This document shows, piece after piece, positions 28,839 to 38,714 of a DNA stretch of 64,000 bases. Made by a program: the position numbers and the translations under genes. Each line of letters opens with the position of its first letter. Position 1 is the first letter of the stretch. The stretch is from contig CAVVOB010000016.1 of NCBI GenBank assembly GCA_963749655.1, positions 64,001 through 128,000 on the forward strand, given 5' to 3'. Source of the DNA: Nitrospirota bacterium (lineage in GTDB: Bacteria > Nitrospirota > UBA9217). The notes under the pieces are model-generated. The model saw nothing but the letters and a program-made list of their open reading frames with translations, was not told the DNA's origin and ran no database searches.

Positions 28839-31565
28839 CTATTGACTTATGCGGGCAAAGTAACTGAGCGGATCGATGCCGACGCTTGTAAAATTACCTC
28901 CGGCATAGACCATGCTGCCGCTGATCGCTATGGTATTGACCCAACTGTTCGGATTCGGGTTCCATAACGCCACCGTGTGCCCGGAAGCGTCAAGCGCCGC
29001 AATGTTCTTCCTCGCAGCACCTCCGATAGCGGTGAATTCTCCTCCCGCATAGATCGTGGAACTGTTTAAGGTCACGGCTAGAGCGAAAACCGGAAAATCT
29101 GCATCAGGAATCCAGGATGGATCGACGGTCCCGGACACAGTGTCGAGCAAGGCGATATTTTTTCTTGATATGCCGCCGATGCTTGAAAAATCACCCCCCA
29201 CATAGAGTGAGGAGGTCCCGCTCGTTGCCAGCGCGTAGACTGAATTTCCCGCGTCGACATTGGGGTTCCACGATGTAATAGTCCCTGAAGCATCTATCGC
29301 AGCAAGATGACTTCTCAGAGTTGGTGTTGAGTTTGAATGGAGGTTCGTAAAGTCCCCTCCTGCATACACAATACTGCCGTCTCCGCTGATTGCCAGGGCA
29401 TAGACAAAGCCGTCAGCATCGGGGTCCCAGGATCCCACGCTGCCGGTACCGGTGTCGATCGCGGCGAGGTAGTTCCTCGGTTGACTCTGCATGTAAGTAA
29501 ATTCTCCTCCTGCATAAACCGTAGACCCGCTTACAGCAAGAGCATCAACTGCCCCATCTGCCGAAGGATTCCAGCCGGTGCTGGTCCCTGTTCCCCATGA
29601 ATTAAGGGCCGCGATGTTATTCCTCGGCTGTCCTCCAATGTTCGTAAAATTTCCTCCGGCATACACCGTGTTTGCACTCACGGTAAGGGCCGACACAGGG
29701 TTGTTCGCATTCGGGTTCCAGGACGTAAGGTTTCCAGCAACGTCAAAAGAGGCAACATGATTTCTTGTCTGGCTGCCGACACTGGTAAAACTGCCTCCGG
29801 CAAACACTGTGCTCCCGTAGACCCCAAGCGTCCAGACGGTACTGTTGGCATCGGGGTTCCAGGATGTTGCAGTGCCGCTGGTTGAACTCAATGCGGCAAT
29901 ATTGCTTCTTGATGCGCCGCCGATGCTGGTAAAATCTCCGCCGGCATAGATGGTGGTCCCGCTGGCGACGAGTGTCAAGACCGTAGCATTCGCATTGGGA
30001 TTCCAACTCGTGGCGTTGCCTGCCATATCAAACGCTGCAATGTGATTTCTGTTCGATGACGCTGTTCCTGTTCCGACAGTGACAAAATCCCCGCCTGCAT
30101 ACACAGTATCTCCGGCTCCATTCAACGCCAGTGCCCATACGATATTATCGGCTTCAGGTGCCCAGGATGTCGCGGTGCCTGTTCCCGAAGTATTGAGCGC
30201 CGCGACATAGTTGCGCGTCGGCTCGCTTCCAATCGTTGTGAAATCTCCGCCGACATACAGCGTGCTTCCTGTTCCATCAAGTGCAAGGGCGTAGACCGCG
30301 CTTAACGGCCCAGCCTGGGCGTCCCAGGAGTTTGCACTGCCTGTTGTCGTATCAAGTGCAGCGATGGCGGTTCTCGTCTGACCGCTGATGACGGTAAAAT
30401 CCCCGCCTGCGTATAAGGTGCTGTTTCCTGCATTCAGCGCAAGAGCGAAAACGGTATTGTCTGCGCCTGGATTCCACACAGTCGCCGCTCCCGCTGCATC
30501 GAGCGCAGCGATATTGTTCCTCGATTGTCCGCCGATAGATGTAAAACTTCCGCCCGAATAAACCGCGCTCCCATTCACCGCAAGAGCCAGGACCGTTCCG
30601 CTTGCGTTCGGGTTCCACGAAGGATCAACCGATCCATCGGGAAGAATATGGGCGATGTTGTTCCTTGTGATTCCGCCAACATGAGTAAATAAACCTCCGA
30701 TGTACCAACCGCCGGAACCGTCGGGAGCAACTGCATAGACTTCGCCTGAGACTCTTGGATAGACCGATACCGGCGATCCCGATGTTGCGTCGAGAGGCAC
30801 CGCGCTGCCCGTAGCCGGACCGATCTTTGTGAAATTACCGCCGAGATAGGTTGTTCCGCTGGATGCGACGGCAATAGACAGGACTTCCCCGTTCGTCACG
30901 AACGGAATTGCCGGCGGGGTTGCTTTCGGCGTTGCCGAAACCTCGGCGGAAAGTCCGCTCTCGATGCCGGACGTGCTTGTGGCGGTGACGGCATAATAGT
31001 AGGACGTCCCGTTATACAGGGATTGATGGGTGTAGGGCGACGTTGCATTGGTTATCTTGTTCGACGAGGTTGTAACACCGGGAGCATAACTCCAGTAAAC
31101 GGTATAGGATTGGGCATTTGCCACAGCGTCCCAGGACAATATGTTCTGACCGTTGCCTGCCATTACCGTAATGTTAGCCGGCACGCCCGCAATCACCACC
31201 TCCGGTGTGGCCGAGACTTCCGCCGACAGACCGCTCTCGCCTATGGCGTTCGATGCGCTCACAGCGTAATAGTATGCCGTGCCGTTCGTGAGGCTTGAAT
31301 GAACATAAGGCGAGGTTGCGCCGGTTATCGCTGAATCCGATTTCGTGACTCCCGGAGAATTCTTCCAGTAAACGGTATATGACGTGGCCCTTGACGCGGC
31401 CCCCCAGCTCAGTGTTACCTGGCCGTCCCCTGAAGTTGCCGTGACGTTCGACGGCGCGTCGGGCGCGGTAGCTCCGCTGATGCCGGTGCTGCCGCCTCCT
31501 CCGGAGCAGGATAGAAACGTAAGAGACAGAAGTGCGACGACCAGGGTCATGGATACTTTTTTCAT
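28839..31565 (-). CDS. Surface lipoprotein: 2 FN3 domains + 14 approx. 50-aa beta-propeller repeats
   Basis: Lipobox TFLSC; two YYYAV FN3 domains; 14 copies of WNP.AN..V.ALA....YAGG.FT.IGG..RNNIAA. Confidence 0.85.
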   Translation of the reverse strand: MKKVSMTLVVALLSLTFLSCSGGGGSTGISGATAPDAPSNVTATSGDGQVTLSWGAASRATSYTVYWKNSPGVTKSDSAITGATSPYVHSSLTNGTAYYYAVSASNAIGESGLSAEVSATPEVVIAGVPANITVMAGNGQNILSWDAVANAQSYTVYWSYAPGVTTSSNKITNATSPYTHQSLYNGTSYYYAVTATSTSGIESGLSAEVSATPKATPPAIPFVTNGEVLSIAVASSGTTYLGGNFTKIGPATGSAVPLDATSGSPVSVYPRVSGEVYAVAPDGSGGWYIGGLFTHVGGITRNNIAHILPDGSVDPSWNPNASGTVLALAVNGSAVYSGGSFTSIGGQSRNNIAALDAAGAATVWNPGADNTVFALALNAGNSTLYAGGDFTVISGQTRTAIAALDTTTGSANSWDAQAGPLSAVYALALDGTGSTLYVGGDFTTIGSEPTRNYVAALNTSGTGTATSWAPEADNIVWALALNGAGDTVYAGGDFVTVGTGTASSNRNHIAAFDMAGNATSWNPNANATVLTLVASGTTIYAGGDFTSIGGASRSNIAALSSTSGTATSWNPDANSTVWTLGVYGSTVFAGGSFTSVGSQTRNHVASFDVAGNLTSWNPNANNPVSALTVSANTVYAGGNFTNIGGQPRNNIAALNSWGTGTSTGWNPSADGAVDALAVSGSTVYAGGEFTYMQSQPRNYLAAIDTGTGSVGSWDPDADGFVYALAISGDGSIVYAGGDFTNLHSNSTPTLRSHLAAIDASGTITSWNPNVDAGNSVYALATSGTSSLYVGGDFSSIGGISRKNIALLDTVSGTVDPSWIPDADFPVFALAVTLNSSTIYAGGEFTAIGGAARKNIAALDASGHTVALWNPNPNSWVNTIAISGSMVYAGGNFTSVGIDPLSYFARISQ

Positions 31566-31651
31566 GACAATCTCCTAACGCGCGTCAAAGCAGCCTCAGA
31601 ACCTGTAAACCGGGAATGCAGGGGACGCGGTGAAAGTGACGTGCGCGGCTC

Positions 31652-32341
31652 TCAGGCCGTTGCTTTTTTATCTATCGTTACCGGCGTCTTTTTCTGGATA
31701 TTCATGATGAGCGCGTTCATTGCATCGCGCTGTTTTTCCGCCAGAAGGGTCTGCCGGAAAGTCTCTCTATTCTTCTCGAAGTCTCCGGGTTTCGCTTTGG
31801 GGTTCTTTTCCTGATAGGCGGCCTTCAGTTCGGCGTCGTCCACGGCAACGCTGTCTCTTACAATGCGTTCAACCTTTTCCCTTAGGAGAAACTCCCGCTG
31901 CTTGGCCTCGAAAACCGCGGGGGTCATATTGACGCGGTTGAGAATCCCCTCGTAGACCTGCTTGTCGAACCTGCCGTTTCGGGAAAAAGCGGGCATGTTG
32001 AGGATTACCGACTGCAGCTCTTCATCGCTCACCTTGAGCCCCAGCCTTCCCGCTTCATCGACGAGGAGCCGGTTCACGATCAGTTCCTGGAGCGCCTGGG
32101 CCCTGAGGCTCTTTTCGATGTCTGCATTGAGCTTGTCCTTCAGCAGTTCCCGGTAATTTTCGTACAGGTTCCGGTAGGCCGTGTTCACGTCGTCCACGGT
32201 GATCACATAATCGCCCACTTTTGCCGCGGTCCGTCCGCCCTGCCCCGATGGATAGATGCCGAAAAAGAGAAAGGTCACCGTGATCAACCCTACGATGATC
32301 CACATCATCCAGACCATATGTTTGCGAAGCCATTCGATCAT
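31652..32341 (-). CDS. SurA N-terminal domain protein (PpiD-like chaperone)
   Basis: N-terminal TM, AAKVGD..IT, LGLKVSDEEL, AFSRNGRFD. Confidence 0.85.
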   Translation of the reverse strand: MIEWLRKHMVWMMWIIVGLITVTFLFFGIYPSGQGGRTAAKVGDYVITVDDVNTAYRNLYENYRELLKDKLNADIEKSLRAQALQELIVNRLLVDEAGRLGLKVSDEELQSVILNMPAFSRNGRFDKQVYEGILNRVNMTPAVFEAKQREFLLREKVERIVRDSVAVDDAELKAAYQEKNPKAKPGDFEKNRETFRQTLLAEKQRDAMNALIMNIQKKTPVTIDKKATA

Positions 32342-32358
32342 TGCATGTCCCCCCTATC

Positions 32359-32438
32359 AATTGCGAATTGCGAAATTGTGAATTTCGGATTTCCGGTTGG
32401 GGATATTGATCCGCAATCCGAAATCCGAAATTCGAAAT
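32359..32438. repeat. Palindromic heptamer-repeat element (AATTGCG / ATCCGCA family)
   Basis: aattgcg aattgcg aaattgtg aatttcg gatttcc ... atccgca atccgaa atccgaa attcgaa. Confidence 0.8.
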
Positions 32439-32440
32439 TT

Positions 32441-33872
32441 TTATTCACTCAGTTTCTTTTTCAGCAGCTGGTTCACCATGTCCGGGTTCGCCTTGCCCTT
32501 GCTCGCCTTCATCACCTGGCCGACGAAGAAGCCGAACAGCTTTTCCTTGCCGGCCTTGTAATCGGCGTGCTGCGCGGTATTGGCGTTGATCACCTCGGCG
32601 ATGATCTGCTCGATGGCGCCCGTGTCGGAGACCTGCACCAGGCCCTGTTCTTTCACGACGGTCTCGGCGTCCTTGCCGGACTTGTACATTTCTTCAAACA
32701 CGGTCTTCGCGATCTTCGTGCTGATAACGCCGTCGGAGATCATCTTGACCATGCCCGCGAGCTTGTCGGGCTTGATCGGGCAGGCTTCGATCTCCTTGTT
32801 GTCGGCGTTCAGGAGCCGCATCAGTTCGCCCATTATCCAGTTCGATATCACTTTCGGCTGTCCGGAAAGCTTCGCAGCCTCTTCGTAGTACGACGCCAGC
32901 GCCCGGCTCTGGGTAAGCATGTCCGCGTCGTATTCGGGCAGGCCGTACTCCTTGACGAAGCGGACGCGCTTCGTGTCAGGCAGTTCGGGGATGGTTTTGC
33001 CGATGGACTCGACGGTCTCCCGCGACACGACGATGGGCACGAGGTCGGGTTCGGGGAAATACCGGTAGTCATGGGCCTCTTCCTTGCTCCTCATGGAAAA
33101 GGTCACCCCTTTGGACGAATCAAAAAGCCTCGTTTCCTGCACGACCGTGCCCCGCTCGTCCAGGATCTGGGCCTGGCGCTTGATCTCGTACTCGATCGCC
33201 TTCTGCACGAACTTGAAGGAGTTCACGTTCTTGATCTCGGCCCTGGTGCCGAACTCCTTGCTGCCGACGGGACGGATAGACACGTTGGCGTCGCACCGGA
33301 AGTTCCCCTTCTCCATGTCCGCGTCGGATACCTCGATGTAGCGCAGGATGGAGCGGAGCTTCTTGAGGTACTCCGACGCCTCCTCGGGCGTCCGGATGTC
33401 CGGCTCGGACACGATCTCCATGAGCGGCGTGCCCGCGCGGTTCAGGTCCACCAGGCTCGCTCCTGCCTCGGACGTGTGAAGGTTCTTGCCCGCGTCCTCC
33501 TCGAGATGGATGCGCGTGAGGCCGATCCGTTTGACTTCGCCGCTCGACCACGATCTCGACATACCCGTGCTCGCAGACCGGCAGCTCGTACTGCGAGATC
33601 TGGTAGCCCTTGGGCAGGTCGGGGTAGAAATAGTTCTTGCGCGCGAACCGGCTGGAGGGGTTGATCGTGCAATGTGTGGCCAGCCCGGTCTTGACGATGA
33701 ATTCCACCGCCTTCCTGTTCAGGACCGGCAGCACGCCCGGCATGCCGATGCAGACCGGGCAGGTCCGCGTGTTCGCGTCTTCGCCGAACGTCGTCTCGCA
33801 GCCGCAGAAGATCTTGGTATTCGTCTGGAGCTGGGCATGCACTTCAAGCCCGATGACTGCCTCGTATTTCAT
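32441..33872 (-). CDS. gatB: Asp/Glu-tRNA amidotransferase subunit B; one frameshift
   Basis: [52 protein letters not shown]. Confidence 0.97.
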
Positions 33873-33910
33873 ATGCTCATCATCCTCGTGATTTCAGTTT
33901 TTCGTTAGTA

Positions 33911-33943
33911 CCCTTGCCCCTTGCTACTTGACCCTGGACCTGG
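33911..33943. repeat. Heptamer-repeat arm (CCCTTGN family)
   Basis: cccttgc cccttgc tacttga ccctgga cctgg; same unit as 59671-59776. Confidence 0.7.
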
Positions 33944-33944
33944 T

Positions 33945-35409
33945 TTAGAGCTTTGGCTTCTTCTTGTGCCATTCCGTCGCCTGCTCATACGCAAACGCGG
34001 CATGAAGGACCGACTCCTCGTCGAAATGCCTGCCCAGCAGCTGCAGCCCGATCGGCAGGCCCGCTTTCGTGAATCCCGCAGGGGATCGAGATTCCCGGAA
34101 TGCCGGCCAGGTTCACGCTGATCGTGAAGATGTCGGACAGATACATCTGGAGCGGATCTGCCGATTTCTCGCCGATCTTGAACGCAGCCGTCGGCGCCGT
34201 GGGCGTGGCGATGACGTCGACGGTCTTGAACGCCTCGTCAAAGTCCCGCTTGATCAGGGTCCGCGCCTGCTGCCCTTTCTTGTAGTAGGCATCGTAGTAT
34301 CCTGCCGAAAGCGCGTAGGTGCCGAGCATGATCCTGCGCTTGACCTCGGGACCGAACCCCTGGCTGCGCGACTTCATGTACATGTCCAGCAGGTCCTTCG
34401 GCGCTTCCGCGCGAAATCCGTACTTGACGCCGTCGTACCGGGCCAGGTTGGAGCTCGCCTCGGACGTCGCGAGGATATAGTAGGTCGCGACCGCATAGTC
34501 CGTGTGCGGCAGCGACACCTGAACGACCGTTGCTCCGAGGCCTTCGAGCGTCTTGACCGCGTCGCGGACCGCTTTGTCCACTTCCGGGTCCATGCCTTCG
34601 ATGAAGTACTCCTTCGGCAGGCCGATCTTCATCCCCTTCACGTCCTTCTTGAGCGCCTTGGTGAAATCGGGGCCGCGATGTTCGCCGACGTCGAGTCCCG
34701 GTCGTCGTGGCCGGCAATGACGTTCATGAGCAGCGCCGAGTCCGTCACGTCCTTGGTGATGGGACCGATCTGGTCCAGGGACGACGCGAAGGCGACGAGG
34801 CCGAACCGTGACACCCTGCCGTAGGTCGGTTTGAGGCCCACCACGCCGCAGCAGGCCGCGGGCTGGCGGATCGATCCGCCCGTGTCCGAGCCGAGGGACC
34901 CGATGCATTCGTCGGCAGCGACGGCGGCGGCCGAACCGCCGCTCGAACCGCCCGGGAATCCGTCTGCAGGTCCCAGGGGTTCTTCGTCGCAAAGAAGCCG
35001 GAATTCTCCGTCGACGAGCCCATGGCGAACTCGTCCATGTTCGGCTTGCCGCAGATCACGTCGCCGGCCTGCTTCAGCTTCCTGACGACCGTCGCATCGT
35101 AAGGCGGGATGAAGTTCCCCAGGATCTTCGACGCGCAGGTCGTCTTGATGCCTTCGGTGCACATGTTGTCCTTGATCGGCAATCGGGATGCCGAGGAGCG
35201 GCGACGTGATGTCTCCGCCTTGATCCGTTTGTCCGCTTCCTTCGCCTGCGCCGGGCCGCATCCGCGGTGACCGTGATATACGCCTTGACCTTGTCGTCCA
35301 CGGCGCTGATCCTGCTGAGGACCGATTCGGTAACGGCTTCGGACGTGGTCTCGCCCTTCTTCAGCATGTCGTGCAGATCGTGGATTGTCCGCTGATAGAG
35401 CTCCATCAT
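33945..35409 (-). CDS. gatA: Asp/Glu-tRNA amidotransferase subunit A; frameshifted
   Basis: [69 protein letters not shown]. Confidence 0.97.
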
Positions 35410-35759
35410 TTCTCCTTCACCCGGTTGTTGTCATCGACGAGAACGATATTGGGTTTGAAGGTCTTGAGCTCCTCCTCGTTGAAGTACTCGTAGCAGAACA
35501 CGATGATCTTGTCGCCCTTGACGCCCTTGCGGGCTGTGGGGCCGTTCAGCACATTTCCCCGGAATCGCGCGTTCCCGGGAATGACATAGGTCTCGAACCG
35601 CTCGCCGTTGTTCAGGTTCGACACGCTCACCTGCTCGTAGGGAAGCATATCCGCAGCTTCGAGAAGGACGGGGTCGACGGTCAGGCTCCCCTCGTACTCG
35701 AGGTTCGAGTCCGTCACCGTCGCCCGGTGGATCTTTGATCGCAGCATCAATCTGAACAT
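35406..35759 (-). CDS. panD: Aspartate 1-decarboxylase
   Basis: [20 protein letters not shown] (G-S cleavage site), NGERFETY. Confidence 0.93.
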   Translation of the reverse strand: MFRLMLRSKIHRATVTDSNLEYEGSLTVDPVLLEAADMLPYEQVSVSNLNNGERFETYVIPGNARFRGNVLNGPTARKGVKGDKIIVFCYEYFNEEELKTFKPNIVLVDDNNRVKEK

Positions 35760-35776
35760 GATTCTCCTTGAAGTTC

Positions 35777-35856
35777 AGTCAGGAGTAAACAGTGAGGGGT
35801 CAGGAGAAAAACCTGTTCGCATTTCTTCCCCTCACACCTCACTCCTGACCCCTTAC
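35777..35856. repeat. Palindromic heptamer-repeat element (AGTGAGG / CCTCAC family)
   Basis: agtcagg agtaaac agtgagg ggtcagg ... ccctcac acctcac tcctgac cccttac. Confidence 0.75.
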
Positions 35857-35868
35857 CGGTTTTATTCG

Positions 35869-36156
35869 CTATTCTATGATCTTCGGCACCTTGTAATGCC
35901 CCGCCGCCTTTTCCGGCGCATTCGCCAGCGCCCGTTCCTGGGAAAGGCTTTCCCGTGCCACATCGTCGCGCATGACGTTGTTGATGTCCAGCACGTGCGA
36001 CGTCGGCTCCACGCCCTTGGTGTCCAGCTCGTTCAGCTTGTCCACGTAGGTGAGGATGTTCGACAGCTGGTCCGTCAGTTTGTCCTTTTCCTGGTCCGAC
36101 AGCTCGAGCCTGGCCAGCTTGGCCACGTGTTCAACTTCCTGTTTGGTGATTTTCAT
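35869..36156 (-). CDS. gatC: Asp/Glu-tRNA amidotransferase subunit C
   Basis: MKITKQEVEHVAKLARL...VEPTSH...ALANAP...KVPKII. Confidence 0.95.
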   Translation of the reverse strand: MKITKQEVEHVAKLARLELSDQEKDKLTDQLSNILTYVDKLNELDTKGVEPTSHVLDINNVMRDDVARESLSQERALANAPEKAAGHYKVPKIIE

Positions 36157-36183
36157 GGATGACTCCTCAAAATGACGACTGCA

Positions 36184-36283
36184 GCCGTGAATCACACGAA
36201 TTTCCACGAATGTGAAAAACAAAAGCAGACTTCCGGGTTTTATTCAGCTCTTTAATTCGTGCCCATTCGTGTTAATTCGTGGC
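36184..36283. repeat. Palindromic 9-10-nt-period element (CACGAAT / ATTCGTG family)
   Basis: gccgtgaat cacacgaat ttccacgaat ... attcgtgccc attcgtgtta attcgtggc. Confidence 0.8.
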
Positions 36284-36293
36284 AAACCGGATT

Positions 36294-38550
36294 CTAAATC
36301 ACTTCCAGATTCGCATACTTCACCGCCAGCGTCTTGACCCCGTGTCCCGGAAAGCTGACGCTGATCTTGAGATCGTCGCCCGCCCCTTCCGAACGCTGCA
36401 CCGTGCCGAGCCCGAACTTTGCGTGCCGGACCACGGCCCCCCGGTAATACTTTCCGGCAGCCCCGTCTTTGGGCTGCGGCTGCGGCGCGGTCTTGAATTC
36501 CCCTGCCACAGCACGGGCGCTGGAAACAGAAGGGCTGGTCCAGGTCGCCATACGGTCCCGGTACGAAAGGGAAGAACTGCCGGGATCGCCGCCTCCGGTG
36601 AATTCCATCGCTTCCTTCGGGATCTCCTGCACGAACCTCGACATCAGGTTCGCCTGCGGATAACCGTAGAGCCTTCGCTCAGACGCATGGGTGATGACGC
36701 AGCTTTTCCTTGGCCCGGGTGATTCCTACGTAGCAGAGCCTGCGCTCCTCTTCCAGCTCTTCCTCGCTCTCCGCCGAACGGGAATGGGGGAAGAGGCCTT
36801 CTTCCATTCCTACCATAAAGACGACGGAAAATTCGAGCCCCTTGGCGTTATGGAGCGTCATGAGCGTGACCGAATCGCTGCCCACCCGCCTGCCCTCCGC
36901 CGCGGTCTGCTCCTCTGAATCCGTTATGAGCGCCACCTGGTCGAGGAACGAGGTGAGCGAGGCGTCCCGGTTCTGCTCCTGGAAATCCTCGGTTGCCGAC
37001 AGGAGTTCATTCAGGTTCTCGAGCCGGATCCGCGCTTCGACGTTCTTGTCCTGTTCGAGCGCCGAGCCGTACCCCGAGTCGTGGATCACGCGCCGAACGA
37101 GCTCCGTAACGGTCATCACCCCGAGATCGGCCCGCATGCGCTCCATCATGGCGGTGAACTCACGGAGCTTCTTCTTTGCCGCAGGCGACACCTCGGCGTC
37201 ATCGGGATTCATTGCCGCCTCGTAAAGGCCGGTGCCTGATCGCAGTGCCGCGGATTCGAGCTTATCGATCGTCGTGTCGCCGATGCCGCGCGCCGGCACA
37301 TTGATGATCCTGCGCAGACTGACGATGTCCGACGGGTTCTGAAGGACCCGCAGATAGGCGATGACGTCCTTGATCTCCTTCCGGTCGTAGAACCGGAGCC
37401 CGCCGAAGATCCGGTACGGGATGCCGAGGCCCCGGAGGCCGTCTTCCAGCGCCCGGGACTGGGCATTGGTGCGGTACAGCACGGCAAGCTCCCGGAGGCT
37501 CCTGCCGCCATCGACTTCCTGCTGGATGGACCGGGCGATGAACCGGGCCTCGTCCTTCTCGTCCACCGCCTTGTAGCACAGGATCTTTTCGCCGCCGCGC
37601 TTCTCGGTCCAGAGCTCCTTCGGCTTCCTGCCCAGGTTGCGGCTGACCACGGCGCCGGCCGCCCCGAGGATGTTCTGGGTCGACCGGTAGTTCTGCTCCA
37701 GCTTGATGACCTTCGCGTCGGAATAGTCCTTCTCGAAGTTCAGGATATTCGAGATGTCGGCGCCGCGGAACTTATAGATGCTCTGGTCGTCGTCTCCGAC
37801 AACGCACAGGTTCTGGTGCTTCATGGTCAGCAGCCGCACGAGGCGGTACTGCGCGCGGTTCGTATCCTGGTACTCGTCGATCAGGATGTGCCGGAATATC
37901 CCCTCGTAGTAGGCAAGCACGTCCTGGTGCTGTTCGAACAGCCGGACGGTCAGCATGAGCAGGTCGTCGAAATCGAGCCCGCCCGACTCCCGGAGCTTTT
38001 CCTCGTACATCGCATAGACGCGCGACACGGCTTCCTCGAAACCGAAGGCGGAGCTCGTCTTTGCGAACTGCGCGGCGTCGGTCAGGTTGTTCTTGAGCGC
38101 GCTGATCCTGGACGCAATGGCCCGGGGCAGATAGCGCTCCGTGTCGATGCGCAGGTCCGAGGCGCAGGCCTTGATCAGCGACGACCGGTCCGTCTCGTCG
38201 TAGATCACGAAGGTCCGCTTGTACCCCAGACGGTCGATGTGCTGGCGCAGGATCCGCACGCAGGCCGAATGGAACGTGCTGATCCAGAGCCCGCCGTGGC
38301 CGATGCCGCGGCCGAGCGACATGCCGAGCATCCGTTCGAGCCGCTCCTTCATCTCGTTCGCGGCCTTGTTCGTAAAGGTCACGGCAAGGATGCTGCCCGG
38401 GTCTACGCCCCGCTCGCGGATCAAATGGGCGATCCGGGAGGTGATAACGCGCGTCTTCCCGCTTCCAGCGCCGGCGAGGATCAGAAGCGGCCCGTCGCCG
38501 TGCAGCACGGCCTCGCGCTGGGGCGGGTTCAGGTTTTCAAGATAATCCAT
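36294..38550 (-). CDS. pcrA: UvrD/PcrA ATP-dependent DNA helicase; one frameshift near 36698
   Basis: AGAGSGKT, DEYQD, VGDDDQSIY, NYRST, HNAKGLEF, EERRLCYVGITRA, C-terminal Tudor-like VRHAKFGLG. Confidence 0.95.
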
Positions 38551-38565
38551 AAAAATACTTTGTTT

Positions 38566-38689
38566 GCCGCGAATTTCACGAATGGACACGAATTAAAGAA
38601 CTAAACTAAAAACGGGAAAATGATCTAATTCGCTTGAGTTCTGTTTTCGGCTTTTCTTAAATTCGTGAAAATTCGTGTCAATTCGTGGC
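38566..38689. repeat. Palindromic 9-10-nt-period element (CACGAAT / ATTCGTG family)
   Basis: gccgcgaat ttcacgaat ggacacgaat ... attcgtgaaa attcgtgtca attcgtggc. Confidence 0.8.
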
Positions 38690-38714
38690 GTATATCATTT
38701 TTTTGGTGTCGCAG

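Noticed and set aside
32441-38550. gatA, gatB and pcrA (also arr and pst genes) as pseudogenes or programmed frameshifts
   Set aside because: These are essential or fully motif-conserved genes with no sign of decay and no slippery sites. The indel pattern fits a consensus artefact.
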